A DNA stretch of 64,000 nucleotides from Squalus acanthias (Eukaryota): positions 174,346,001 to 174,410,000 of the forward strand of contig CM059425.1 in assembly GCA_030390025.1 (NCBI GenBank), in the 5' to 3' direction. The notes below the pieces were generated by a model. It made no database searches, was not told where the DNA came from, and worked only from the letters and a program-made list of their open reading frames with translations. Positions 45,981 to 59,720 of this stretch are shown one piece after another (position 1 is the stretch's first letter; every line of letters begins with the position of its first letter). Both the position numbers and the translations under genes were made by a program.

Positions 45981-47349
45981 AAATTTGCAGATGACACAAA
46001 AATAGGGAATGCAGTTAACTATGACTTCAGGGTGACATAGCATTAAGTTTTATCTGCCCAGTCTACTAATCTAAGAATTGTGATGTGATGCATTTTGTGA
46101 GGAAGAATAAGGATAGAAACTATACCCAATATGGTAAAATTCTAAAAAAGTAGAGAACCAGAGAGACTTTAGGTTTCAAAAAAAAATCTTTAAAAGTAAG
46201 AAAATAAATTGATAAAGCTGTACAGAAAACATATGGGATCATTGGTTTACAAATAGGGCCACAGAGTACAAAAGCAAATTGGGGCTATTTTCATTAGATC
46301 AGTGAAGGTCAGCAGGAAGCCAGGTTGGCACTGCCATGGTAGTCAAATTCACAAGCACCCTCAAACATTCTGCCTCGGCCTCCATCTAGGCACGCTGTAT
46401 TGCTGTCCTCTAGTGAAGATGCCCTGGAGTGGTAAACAGGATAATCCACCGTACATCTACCTCACGCACCAGCAGCCTCACTTCATCAATCTTCACAGCG
46501 AGTTTGAGTGCTGTGCCACTCCATCACTGTCAGCTAATGGGTTTTGCCAGCCACTTTGTCTCAAACTGCTTTTGGAAAGATTGAAATAACCATTTAAAAT
46601 ATTTACAGGCTTTTTAAAGGCGAAGAGCACTTTTGGCCCCAAATCTAGGTAATTACAATAAGTGGTCACATCACTTTAAATTTCCCAGCATGTAAACCAG
46701 GATTTTACTGAAATCATGAAAATGGGGTTGACTGTGGAAGTTAGTCTTGCTCAACTCAGACAGGTGCAAAATATGCAGTGCCCGCCTCTCATGCTTGGAC
46801 TAAAAAAATCAACTCTAGAGCTTCTTATGAGATAAAACAGGACATTCTTCTGATCCACCGCAATTATGTTAACTTACTTCTGCCATTGTTACGCCCACTT
46901 GCTTAATCGATATCATTCTGCAATTTTCTGTTCTTTTCAGTTCTTAGATTAGTATTATCTGCAAACGTGGATCAATTTCCCTCCAATTCTAAATCTAGGT
47001 CTTTACAAGCTGAGGGACACCAATCCGAGAACATCCCTTTCACTCCAACTCTCAGCTTTCTACTTCTTAATCAATTTCCTATCCATGCCATCGTGCTGCC
47101 ACACAATTTATAATGATTGCTGGAAGATGTTACCTCTGTCTTGAAGATGTACTTTCTCAACTAGCTGTTTCATAACATAACTAACTGTAAGACATTCAAT
47201 GAGCAATTTCACAACATATGAGGGAATCAAGTGACTACAGAAATGATCAAAATATTTCTAATGAACCCACAGTCTGTGGAGGTTAATTTTAACTTTTGAC
47301 AATAGTGTAAATGAGGCTGCCCGTTATACACCTCTCTCGATTTTCGGTT

Positions 47350-47655
47350 ATATAGTGCCTTTCACATGTTTAGGACAAACCAGAGCGCTTCACAGCCAGT
47401 GAAGTACTTTTAAAGTGTAGTCACTGTTGTAATGAAGGCAAATGCAGCAGCCAATTTGTGCATAGCAAGGGCCCACAAACAACAATGAGATAAATGACCA
47501 GATAATCTGTCTTAGTGATACTGGTTGAGGGATAAATGCTGGGAGAACTCTACTGCTCTTCTTTAAATAGTGCCATGGGATCTTTTAGGCCCACCGGAGC
47601 GTCGTTGGAGTGGCGCTTGAACCCATGAACTATGACTCAGAGGCGAGGCTGATAC
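47350..47655 (-). mobile_element. Deu-domain SINE, internally deleted
   Basis: agtgtagtcactgttgtaatg...ggttgagggataaat...gtgccatgggatctttt. Confidence 0.75.
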
Positions 47656-48589
47656 TATTAAACATTTATGTTCCAGTCATTTTTGAATACTTCAGTCAAA
47701 TTTTGAACTCAGAACATGGTTGCATTCACAATTTACCCTTATTTAGTGGATAGATTTTTTTTCTCCTTTCATATGGCTTGAGTCATTACTCAAGCCTGCC
47801 TGCTATTGTTGGAAACAGGTCTTCATTGCTTTCGGCTGGGTCCCTGGATATGGATGATACAATCAATATACTTCATCCTGACAGGTTGGAAGAACCCAAT
47901 AGTTACCGTACATTGCTGTGAACATTCTCCAGGCATCTCACAGAAATGAGTGACAGCAACCATAGGCCAGGCTGCACCCCACCTGGCTGAAGGATGATGC
48001 TGCCTGAAGGTGAATACACAATATATGGCATAATAATAAAGTCGAAACAGAATCAGTGCAAATTAAACTTAAGAATAAGTTAAGGATACAATTTGTTCTT
48101 TGAAGTGGCTTTGTGCGATCATGCCCTCAGCATAACCTAGTACCATTTATTTGTTGTGATAATGAAGAGTAAAACCGCCCCAACGCAAATAATCAGAGGA
48201 TTTATAGCATTACTTTGTGCACCTGCAGAACATCAATCAATGTTAGTCTTCCAGCACATATTTCAGCTAGAAGTGCCAAGATTACTCATTTGCAATAAAG
48301 CAGACATAAAGCCTGGTACCAAGATATTATTTATAACTGTGCAGTAAATCTCATTTGTTTTTTTTTTCATTTGCCATTCACTGTTTCAAGTGTGGAACTG
48401 TAAATTCTGATGTGCAGTTCAAGATATAATTGTTTGGTGAATCATCTTTACTGATGGGACAAAAACATGTTTGGTAACAGAATAGCGCTTACATAAATAT
48501 CTGAAAAATCACACCCATTGTTCTTGTTTTGTTTTTCTATAAACATGTTACTAGATTCCTCAACAGGGTTAAACAACAACATTTTCATT

Positions 48590-49070
48590 GTATATTAGTT
48601 GATCTCCTGTGGCATTGCACATGGGGAGTCAAGACTTAGTGTAGCCTTCAGATGAAGCATGGTTAGACAGTAGGAGATAATTGGACCAGGGTTCACAGAC
48701 ATAGTTCATTGCTTTTTTAAGAACATAAGAAATAGGAGCAGGAGTAGGCCATTCGGCCCCTCGAGCCTGCTCCGCCATTCAATAAGATCATGGCTGATTT
48801 GAAGTCATAAATTCTCTCTTTATTTTTATATACAATCCTTTGATTTTATATTATTATTTATTAAATAGCAAATCGTACAACAATGTGGGAAACAAATTGG
48901 TTGGAGGAAAGGAATTTCTCTGAAGTACAGGCTGAGCAACTGGGAGACATAAAACTGAGGCATTACATTGCCTCCACTGGTGAGAGTCTGTAATTACAGT
49001 GTAACAAGTTTACATAGGCATTTCCATTATAAATACAGAGAAATTTATAATGGAAAAAGGTGACAGGTAA
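48590..49070. repeat. Unclassified ancient interspersed repeat, copy 2 (contains a CR1 tail at 48720-48800)
   Basis: Aligns with 21860-22200. Confidence 0.65.
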
Positions 49071-49439
49071 GTTCATGCAGGTGTAAAATTGTTAATATAG
49101 CATATAGACAGATATGTACATGAAAAATTCAGATCTTTCTGAATTTATCCACTCACACACATGAGACATGTGTGACCCCTTAAAGCAAGTGCAGTTTCAT
49201 ATTATTTAAGCACAGGTATAAAAAACTGATGCAGAAACCTGAATCTAAATTTAGGATTGAAACATCTGAGAAAGGAAGTTCCAATACTAAATTGGAAAGC
49301 TAGTGAAAGCAAAGGGAGTTTTAATTCAGAATTTCAATTTGAACCTGAATTTGGGATTCAGATGTTCAAGAATTGGAGTTCTGAAACGGATGTTCTGATA
49401 CAGATTTGTCCAACATGCTTGAGCATAGCATAGCGTTAC

Positions 49440-49530
49440 CTTTTTACTGGTGAAGGCGCGATAATTTTGGTGGTGCCATCATATTCCATGTGGTCCGTCT
49501 TTAAATGACTGCGACTGACACTGTTTGGTC
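49440..49530 (-). CDS. epb41l4a: EPB41L4A exon (91 bp): (G)PNSVSRSHLKTDHMEYDGTTKIIAPSPVK(S)
   Basis: Acceptor ttaccatag, donor gtaacg; phase 1 to 2; conserved KIIAPSPVKS motif. Confidence 0.92.
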
Positions 49531-49968
49531 CTATGGTAACAATTAAGGTTACAAATAAAGATTATACAAGTGTTAATTGATGAATACTTAATAAATGATT
49601 AAAGCAATGAATCATGAAATTACTATATGTGCAACTCATATTATATGAACATATTTGTTTTGCTAAGTAACCTACTCACACTAAATGAAAATAGATGTGA
49701 AAACAAAAAATAAATTAGTATATAGATGTGTCCTATTTTCCACCAAGTGGGTTCAAAGCCTTACCTCACAAGAAAAATAAGTCTAAATCTCTGCCTGGGC
49801 TATTTCCCACTGGCTAGTATGACCCATATATAGAAATATTAAAAGTTCAGTATAAGTGGAAATCAATTAGACATCAAAAAATTATGTCAGTAGTGACTCA
49901 AACCAGGGCAAAATTGGGCTGAATGATTTGGTTTCTTCTCGTCAAAAAAAAAATGAAGAATATATCTT

Positions 49969-50298
49969 GGGGGAATTCTCCTCTGTGATCCTGCTTAAAA
50001 TGAGGCAGACCACCCCAGGGTATTCCTCCCTCAGCCAGGACCGCCACTGTCTGCATCTTCCCTGCCCAATGTATGAAAATGGAGGCAGAGGCAGGGCACG
50101 GGTCCCCGGTAGATTTTCCTTTCATATACCCCAGTTACTGCTGCTTCCCAGGGCCGTGTAATGGAAGGCCCCAGGAAGTGTCACTAAAGGCCCTGAGTTC
50201 CTCAATGAAGGGAGAGGGATATGTAGTGGCCTCCTCTTTCTACAAACGCTTACCAACTGAAGGTTTCGGTCTTTGCCGAGCAGAGGAGAATTTCCCCC
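49969..50298. mobile_element. MITE-like element
   Basis: Inverted termini GGGGGAATTCTCCTCTG / CAGAGGAGAATTTCCCCC; TSD not clear. Confidence 0.6.
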
Positions 50299-50487
50299 TC
50301 CCTTGGCTGGAGTCCCACTTGCTAAGCACAGGAGACCAACCATCTCTAGGGTTTATTCCCCTGTTCCAAAAAAAATCTTAAAGTTTTCACAGCAGTGTTG
50401 AAACCTCCAGGAATTAACACAGGAACTGAGAAGCAGGTAGAAATGATCAACTTGCTCCCAGTTTATGTGAAACACTCACAGAAGGGT

Positions 50488-52190
50488 TAGGTATGAGGGA
50501 CAAGTTGGCCATGGTAGATTGGGAGACTACACTAAAAGGTATGAAGGTGGACATACAATGGCTAACATTCAAGGAAATAATGCATAATTTGCAACAAACA
50601 TATATTTCTCTAGGGCATAAAAACCCAAAAGGAAAAGTGATCCAACCATGGCTAACAAAAGAAATTAAAGCTAGTATTAAGTCAAAGGAGGAAGCTTATA
50701 AGTTGCCAGAAAAAGCAGTCAGCCTGAGGATTGGGATCTTTTTAGAAATCAGCAAAGGGGGACCAAGAAATTGATAAAGAAAGGGAAAATGGAATATGAG
50801 CACAAGCTAGCGAAAAATATAAAAACGGATTGTAAAAGCTTCTATAGGTATATGAAAAGGAAAAGACTGGCGAAGGTAAATGTAGGTCCTTTACAGTCAG
50901 AGTCGGGAGAATTTATAATGGGGAGTTAGGAAATGGCAGAGAAATGAAATAAATACTTTGTTTCTGTCTTCACGGAGGAAGACACAAAAAACCTCCCAGA
51001 AATACGAGAAAACCAAGGGTGTGGCGAGAATGAGGAACTTAGAGAAATTACTATTAGTAAAAAAACAGTACTAGGAAAATTAATGGGACTAAAAGTCGAT
51101 AAATCCCAAGGACCGGATGACCAACATCCTAGGGTTTTGAAAGAGATGGCCATGTAATAGTGGACGCATTGGTTGTCATCTTCCAAAATTCTATAGATTC
51201 TGGAACGGTTCCTGCAGATTGGAGGATAGCAAATGTAACCCCGCTATTTAAGAAAGGAGGGAGAGAGAAAACGGGGAACTACAGACCTCATCAGTAATTG
51301 GGGAAATGCTAGAATCTATTATAAAGGATGCAATAACTGGGCACTCAGAAACTAATAGTAAGATTTGGCAGAGTCAACATGGATTTATGAAAGGGAAATC
51401 CTGTTTAACAAACCTATTGGAGATCTTTGAGGATGAAACTTGTGGAGTAGACAAAGGGGAACCGGTAGATGTGGTGTATTTGAATTTTCAGAGGACCTGG
51501 GTGTCCTTGTACATGAGTCACTGAAAGCCATTAGGAAGGCAAATGGTATGCTGGCCTTCATTACGGGAGAATTTGAGTACAGGAGTAAAGAAGTCTTACT
51601 CCAATTATATAGGGCCTTGGTGAGACCACACCTGGAGTACTGTGTACAATTTTGGTCTCCTTACCTCAGGAAGGATATACTTGCCATAGAGGCAGAACAA
51701 CGAAGGTTCACGAGATTGATTCCTGGGATGGCGGGACTGTCGTATGAGAAGAGATCGAGTAAAGTAGGCCTGTATTCTCTTGAATTCAGAAGAATGAGAG
51801 GGGATCTCATTGAAGCATACAAAATTATTACAGGGCTTGATAGGGTGGATGCTGGGAGAATGTTTCCCTTGGCTGGGGAGTCTACAACCAGGGGCCACAG
51901 CCTCAGGATAAAGGGTAGGCCATTCAGGACTGAGATGAGAAGAAATTTCTTCACACAGAGGGTGGTGAATCTTTGGAATTCTCTACCCCAGAGGGCTGTG
52001 GAGGCTAGTCATTGGGTATATTCAAAACAGAAGTCGATAGATTTCTGACTAGTAAGGGCATCAAGGGATATGGCGATAGGGCCGGTGAATGGAGTTGAGG
52101 CAGAAGATCAGCCATGATCTCATTGAATGGCGGAGCAGGCTCGAAGGGCCGAATGGCCTACTCCTGCTCCTATTTCTTATGTTCTTATGT
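50488..52190 (+). mobile_element. CR1 LINE with the RT core internally deleted
   Basis: PWLTKEIK, CLTNLLE, YLNFQ joined directly to DLGVLVH; tail (TTCTTATG). Confidence 0.9.
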
Positions 52191-52349
52191 TTGCCTCTCC
52201 AGTAGTATTCGAGATGTGAGCAGTGTCCACTATCACTTGCCGTTAATGGTAAGGTAAGGTAAGCTTAGTGTCACCCCCACAGATATGTATAAACACATGA
52301 GGTTTGTTTACAATAAGTTAGACTCGCTCATTTTGTTTTAAAAATGTCA

Positions 52350-52420
52350 CCTATTTTTTATTTGTTCATGGGATGTGGGCATCGCTGGCAAGGCCTAATT
52401 GTCCTCGAGAAGGTGGTGGT
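52350..52420 (-). mobile_element. Family-B LINE 3' tail fragment
   Basis: ttcatgggatgtgggcatcgctggcaaggcc matches the start of the 62345 copy. Confidence 0.7.
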
Positions 52421-52894
52421 ATTGTATTTGAACATACCTCACTCAGAAATGTAAGCACAGCTCTATACAATCCAAGGACATTGGAATCAGCCTCACTGTT
52501 TTAGTGCACAATCTGAAGTGCTCTGTATCACATTCTCCATCGATGCTCGCAACCACCCCACCCCACCCCTGCCACCGCCACCGTATTGCACTGCTCAATC
52601 CACACAGACCCCTCTAAATCACATTGCTTGGTTCATGGAGCTCCCTCTGTATCACAGTGTTCAGTTCCGAGCGTCCTCTCTAAACCCTGTTGCTCAGTTC
52701 CGAGATCCCTCCGTGTACCACACTGTCCAGCCCTCTTCAGTTTCTTGGTTTTCTGAACACTATACTGCCAGGGTTTTAAAATCTTTTTTAATAAAGCTAA
52801 CTTAAAAAGCAGGCTTTGGTTTGTTGCAATCATACAGTTACACTACAGCTGGTGCAGAGTAAACCAAACAAAACTGCCTCTTGTAGGTACTCTC

Positions 52895-55376
52895 AACTTT
52901 AATCTACATATAGATTGGGCTAACCAAATTAGTAACAATACTGTGGAGGAGGAATTCCTAGAGTGTATACGGGATGGTTTCCTGGACCAATATGTCGAGG
53001 AACCAACTAGAGATCAGGCCATCTTAGACTGGGTATTATGTAATGAGCAAGGATTGATTAGCAATCTTGTTGTGCGAGGCCCCTTGCGGAGGAGCGATCA
53101 TAATATGATAGAATTCTTCATTAAGATGGAGAGTGAAGTAGTTGACTCAGAGACTAGGGTCCTGAATTTAAATAAAGGAAACTATGATGGTATGAGGCCC
53201 GAGTTGGCGAGGATGGATTGGGGAACGTTACTTAAAGGGTTGACGGTGGATAGGCAATGGCAAACATTTAAAGATCGCATGGATAAACTACAGAATTTGT
53301 TCATCCCTGTCTGGCATAAAAATAAAACAAAAAAGGTGGCGCAACCGTGGCTAACAAGGGAAATTAGGGATAGCATAAGATCCAAGGAGAGGACATATAA
53401 ATTGGCCAGAAAAAGCAGCAAACCTGAGGATTGGGAGCAGTTTAGGATTCAGCAAAGGAGGACAAAAGGATTAATTAAGAGAGGGAAAATAGAGTATGAG
53501 AGTAAGCTTGCAGGGAACATAAAAACTGACTGTAAAAGCTTCTATAGATATGTGAAGAGAAAAAGATTGGTGAAGTCAAGCGTAGGTCCTTTGCAGTCAG
53601 AATCAGGGGAATTTATAATGGGGAACAAAGAAATGGCTGACCAATTAAATACATACTTTGGTTCTGTCTTCACAAAGGAGGACACAAATAACCTCCCAGA
53701 GATGTCGGGGAACATAGGGTCTAATGAGAGGGAGGAACTGAATGAAATCAGTATTTGTAGAGAAATGGTGTTAGGGAAATTGACGGGATTGAAGGCCGAT
53801 AAATCCCCAGGACCTGATAATCTACATCCTAGGGTACTGAAGGAAGTGGCCCTAGAAATAGTAGATGCATTGCTGGTCATCTTCCAAAATTCTACAGATT
53901 CTGGCACTGTTCCCATGGATTGGAGGGTAGCTAATGTAACCCCACTATTTAAAAAAGGTGGTAGAGAGAAAACGGGGAATTATAGACCGGTAAGCCTGAC
54001 ATCGGTAGTGGGGAAAATGCTAGAGTCCATTATAAAAGATGTAATAGCAGAGCACTTGGAAAAGTGACAGGATCGGACAAAGTCAACATGGATTTACAAA
54101 AGGTAAATTGTGCTTGACTAATCTACTGGAATTTTTTGAGAATGTAACTGGTAGAATAGATAAGGGAGAACCAGTGGATGTGTTGTATTTGGACTTTCAG
54201 AAGGCTTTCGATAAGGTCCCGCATAAGAGATTAGCGTGCCAAGTTAAAGCACATGGGATTGGGGGTAAGGTACTGACTTGGATAGAGAACTGGTTGGCAG
54301 ACAGGAAGCAAAGAGTTGGAACAAACGGGTCTTTTTCCGAGTGGCAAGCAGTGACTAGTGGGGTACCGCAGGGATCGGTGCTAAGACCCCAGCTATTCAC
54401 AATATATATTAATGATCTAGACAAGGGAACTAGATGTAATATCTCCAAGTTTACAGACGACACAAAGCTGGGTGGGCGTGTGTGCTGTGAGGAGGATGCA
54501 GAGAAACTCCAGTATGATTTGGACAGGTTGGGCGATTGGGCAGATGCATGCCAGATGCAGTATAATGTGGATAAATGCGAGGTTATCCACTTTGGTGGCA
54601 AAAACAGGAAGGCAGATTATTATCTGAATGGCAATAGATTGGGAGAAGGGGAAGTGCAACGAGACCTGGGTATCCTTGTGCACCAGTCGCTGAAGGTAAG
54701 CATGCAGGTGCAGCAGGCGGTTAAGAAGGCAAATGGTATGTTGGCCTTCATAGCGAGAGGATTCGAGTACAGGAGCAAGGATGTCTTGCTGTAGTTGTAC
54801 AGGGCCTTGGTGAGACCTCACCTTGAGTATTGTGTGCAGTTTTGGTCGCCTTATCTGAGGAAGGATGTTCTTGCCATGGAGGGAGTGCACCGAAGATTCA
54901 CCAGACTGATACCTGGGATGGCAGGAATGACGTATGAGGAGAGATTGGGTCGATTGGGCTTATATTTGCTGGAGTTTAGAAGAATGAGAGGGGATCTCAT
55001 TGAAACTTATAAAATTCTAACAGGACGAGACAGACTAGATGCAGGAAGGATGTTCCCGATGGCGGGGGAGTCCAGAACCAGGGGTCACAGTCTAAGGATA
55101 AGGGGTAAGCCATTTAGGACTGAGATGAGGAGGAATTTCTTCACCCAGAGAGTGGTGAATCTGTGGAATTCTCTACCACACAAGGCAGTTGAGGCCAATT
55201 CATTAAATATATTCAAGAAGGAGTTAGATATATTTCTTAAGGCTAAAGGGATCAAGGGATATGGGGAGAAAGCAGGGACAGGGTACTGAATTTGGATGAT
55301 CAGCCATGATCGCATTGAATGGCGGAGCAGGCTCGAATGGCCTACTCCTGCTCCTATCTTCTATGTTTCTATGTTT
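52895..55376 (+). mobile_element. CR1 LINE, long ORF2 portion (APE C-half and RT) with a frameshift near 54065 and a TAG at 54792
   Basis: [38 protein letters not shown] motifs; (TTTCTATG) tail. Confidence 0.93.
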
Positions 55377-56024
55377 CCTCCAAAATCATCAGCTTTATAT
55401 GGCTTATTTGGCACCAGTGCACTGATTAATACTGGAGACACAGTATCAGGCCCCCATTATAACACCCTCATGTTTTGGATTTAATATTAAAGAAAGATGA
55501 AATTAAAATATAATTTGAAGACATTCAGACCAGCAGATCATTATCAAGCTATAGCTACAATGAAGCAGCTATTAAAATCTCTCAAATGGCAACAGCAGTA
55601 CTAATTAATCCATAACAGTCGCTTTGAATAAAAGGACCATCCTTAATATTTATTGAGATCATTACTTTGACTGATGGAGAGAATTGGTCCCAAAAGTTTT
55701 ATTTAATTCAAATTATGTAAAATACCCATTTATTACAGAATGTAAACATTCTCTTTTAACACAACAATTCTGCAGAACAGGTTCATTAACGCACTTATGC
55801 ACCGGTACACTGTGCTACCACATCAGCTCTGTGATCATAGTATGGTGTCTGGAACTCAGGACCTTTCATGGGTGCCAGATCTCAGGAGACGATGATAAAT
55901 GCAGGAAGCCATCAATCCAAGAACTCGGATTGTTAAATTCAACTCCAGTTAAAACTGTGTTACCTGAATTTCAATGGTTACTCCAGCGGCACAGGCAAGC
56001 TCTTACTGCATGCCATATTGGGAA

Positions 56025-56625
56025 TAAGAACATAAACGTAAGAAATAGGAGCAGGAGTAGGCCATTTGGCCCTTCGAGCCTGCTCTGCCATTCAATAAGA
56101 TCATGGCTGATCTTCTACCTCATCTCCACTTTCCTGAACTATCCCCATATCCCTTGATTCCCTTAATATTCAAAAATCTATTGATCTCTGTTTTGAATAT
56201 ACTCAACAACTGAGCCTCCACAGCCCTCAGGGGTAGAGAATTACAAAGATTCACCACTCTCTGGGTGAAGAAATTTCTCCTCATCTCAGTCCTAAATGGC
56301 CGACCCCTTATTCTGAGACTGTGAACCCTGGTTCTAGACTCCCCAGCCAGGGGAAACATCCTCCCTGCATCTACCCTTTCAAGCCCTGTAAGAATTTTGT
56401 ATGTTTCAATGAGATAACCTCTCATTCTTCTAAACTCTAGAGAATATAGGCCTTGTCTACTCAATCTGTCCTCACAGGACAATCCTCCCATCCCAGGAAC
56501 TAGTCTGGTGAACCTTCGTTGCACTCCCTCTATGGCAAGTATATCCTTCCTTAGGTAAGGAGACCAAAACTGTACACAATACTCCAAGTGTGGTCTCACC
56601 AGGGCCCTATATAATTGCAGTAAGA
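56025..56625 (-). mobile_element. CR1 3' fragment
   Basis: ORF 56120-56656 with LVRPHLEYCVQFWSP; 3' UTR and tail. Confidence 0.9.
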
Positions 56626-57759
56626 GGAATGCTATGTTCATGTTAGTTGGTGTCAAATCAACAGTTTCCTACATTTTATTTCTTATCAGGAATTTGTAGT
56701 GAAATACTGCCATGAATTTTCTGTTGTCTCATTCTTTCATCCTTTAAAGTATCCACTAGGAAAATACAAATTAATATAATTGCTACTTACACTTAGCAGA
56801 CTCTGTGACGGTCAAATCATTTTATAAAGTAAAGAAACACATTTAACACAGTACATGCAACACTCACAAATATTTTACTGACTCTGACACAGACTATAAG
56901 AAACAAGAGGGCACATTTTCTGTTCCACATAGCTGGTGGCACTGGCGTGGGATGGGCAAGTGGAGGCCAGGAAATCGGGGGGGAGATCTCCAGTCATTGT
57001 GTGCCAGCCATTGTCCTCCAGCCTATATTTTAGGCAGTGTTTATGATGTCTTCATCTTGTGACAATCATCCACTCCTGGGCTATTTAAAGAAAAAGGCAA
57101 ACAGCTAGGAGGGCCTGTTACCTTTAAGACTCATACCAGATCTTTTTCTCATGCCAAACATGAAAGTCAGCTCCTAAAGGCAAACACTCACAATCGCTTT
57201 AATCCAAAGCGCTGCAAGGAAAGGGTTAATCAGACAGTCCTGAATGTCAATGATTTTTCTTAACATTGTAGTAATATTAACCTTTAGTCATTGCCTATTA
57301 CTCAGGGAAGTATAAGTTAATTTTAGAGTAGTAACCTCTGAACTGTTGAACCAAGGTAAAAGTGTAGACACTCATTCTTTCACTTCCAACCATTAGTGAT
57401 ATCCTTGCTGTACATCAACCACCCTGGAAAATCATGAATGTCGGCCACCCCACCCTACCCTTCAGATACTGGTCACTCTGCACCAGGAGTGACCGAACTA
57501 ATGTCAGAGTACAACTTATATCATACTGCCTGTTCAAGGAGGCTAGGCATAGGATTGGCTCCATATTCCTTGTATCCAGGTCACTGTACGCCCATCAGCC
57601 TCATACTTCACAAATGGACTCAGTCTTCCCGATCGGGTTTTGGTCACTCCTCTGGACCAGTGATTACCTGCACTGTGCCCCACCTTGATCGGCTTGTATC
57701 ACCTTAAATTTCTGGGTGGCTTCATGGGATCCTATTCTGTGAACAACTTCATTATTTTT

Positions 57760-59720
57760 GCCACTGACCAACACTAAATGGGATAGATTCAGAACAGATT
57801 TAGCAGCTCAAAACTGGGCATCCATGAGGCACTGTGGGACATCAGCAGCAGCAGAATTGTATTCCACCACAATCTGTAACCTCATGGCCTGGCATATCCC
57901 TCACTCTACCATTACCATCAAGCCAGGGGACCAACCGCAGTTCAATAAGGAGTATAGAAAAGCATGCCAGGAGCAGCACCAGGCGTACCTAAAAATGAGG
58001 TGTCAACCTGGGGAAGCTGCAACACAGGACTACATGCTGTAGACAGGGCTAAGCAATCCCACAATCAACGGATCAGATCAAAGCTCTGCAGTCCTGCCAC
58101 ATCCAGTCGTAAATGGTGGTGGACCATTAAACAACTGACGGGAGGAGGAGGCTCTATGAATATCCCCATCCTCAATGATGGTGGAGCCCAGCACGTGAGT
58201 GCAAAAGACAAGGCTGAAGTGTTTGCAACCATCTTCAGCCAGAACTGCCGAGTGGATGATCCATATCGGCCTACTCCTGAGGTCCCCACCATCACAGAAG
58301 CCAGTCTTCAGCCAATTTGATTCACTCCACGTGATATCAAGAAACGGCTGAGCGCACTGGATATAGCAAAGGCTATGGGCCTCGACAACATCCCGGCTAT
58401 CGTGCTGAAGACTTGTGCTCCAGAACTAGCCGTGCCTCTAGCCAAGCTGTTCCAGTACAGCTGTAACATTGGCATCAATCCGACAATGTGGAAAACTGCC
58501 CAGGTATGTCCTGTCCACAAAAAGCAGGACAAACCCAATCCGGCCAATTACCGCCCCAGCAGTCTACTCTCAATCATCAGCAAAGTGATGGAAGGTGTCA
58601 TCGACAGTGCTATCAAGCGGCACTTACTCACCAATAACCTGCTCACTGATGCCCAGTTTGGGTTCCGCTAAGACCATTCGGCTCCTGACCTCATTACAGC
58701 CTTGGTCCAAACATGGACAAAGGAGCTGAATTCCGGAGGTGAGGCGAGAGTGACTGCCCGAGACATAAAGGCAGCATTTGACCGAGTGTGGCATCAAGGA
58801 GCCCTAGTAAAACTGAAGTCAATAGGAATCGGGGGGAAAACTCTCCACTGGCTGGAGTCATACCTAGCACAAAGGAAGATGGTTGTGTTGGTTGAAGGTC
58901 AATCATCACAGCCCCAGGACATCGCTGCAGGAGTTCCTCAGGGCAGTGTCCTAGGCACAACCATCTTCAGCTACTTCATCAATGACCGTCCCCCCAACAT
59001 AAGGTCAGAAATGGGGATGTTCGCTGATGACTGCACAGTGTTCAGTGCCACACACAACTCCTCAGATAATGAAGCAGTCCATGCCCGCTTGCAACAAGAC
59101 CTGGACGACGTTCAAGCTTGGGCTGATAAGTGGCAGGTAACATTCGCGCCACACAAGTGCAAGGCAATGAGTATCTATAACAAGCTAGAGTCTAACCACC
59201 ACCCCTTGACATTCAACGGCATTACCATCGCCGAATCCCCCACCATAAATATCCTGGGGGTCACCATTGACCAGAACCTTAACTGGACCAGCCACATAAA
59301 TACTGTGGCAACAAAAGCAGGTCAGAGGCTAGGTATTCTGTGGCGAGTGTCTCACCTCCTGACTCCCCAAAGCCTTTCAACCATCTACAAGGCACAAGTA
59401 AGGAGTGTGATGGAATACTCTTCATTTGCCTGGATGAGTGCAGCTCCAACAACACTCAAGAAACTCAACACCACCATCTCCAGGTTCCCCTCCAAGTCAC
59501 ACACCATCCTGACTTAGAACTATATCGCCGATCCTTCATCGTCGCTGGGTCAAAATCCTGGAACTCCTTACCTAACAGCACTGTGGGAGTACCTTCACCA
59601 CACGGACTGCAGCGGCTCAAGAAGGCGGCTCACCACCACCTTCTCAAGGGCAATTAGGGATGGGCAATAAATGCTGGCTTTTCCAGCAACGCCCACATCC
59701 AATAAACAAATTTTAAAAAA
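57760..59720 (+). mobile_element. CR1-group LINE family B, 5'-truncated, with RT
   Basis: [35 protein letters not shown] motifs; 3' end gggcaattagggatgggcaataaatgc with A-rich tail. Confidence 0.9.

Larger units (their letters stand above)
45040..46280 (+). mobile_element. Old CR1 RT fragments (45040-45170 and 45977-46280) flanking a Tigger element
   Basis: FDKVPH and SKFADDTK remnants. Confidence 0.65.

Noticed and set aside
53182..55315. Several long minus-strand ORFs opposite CR1 ORF2 (also at 1325-1622, 32531-32770 and 51605-51954)
   Set aside because: Antisense shadows of LINE coding sequence with no independent protein signature.
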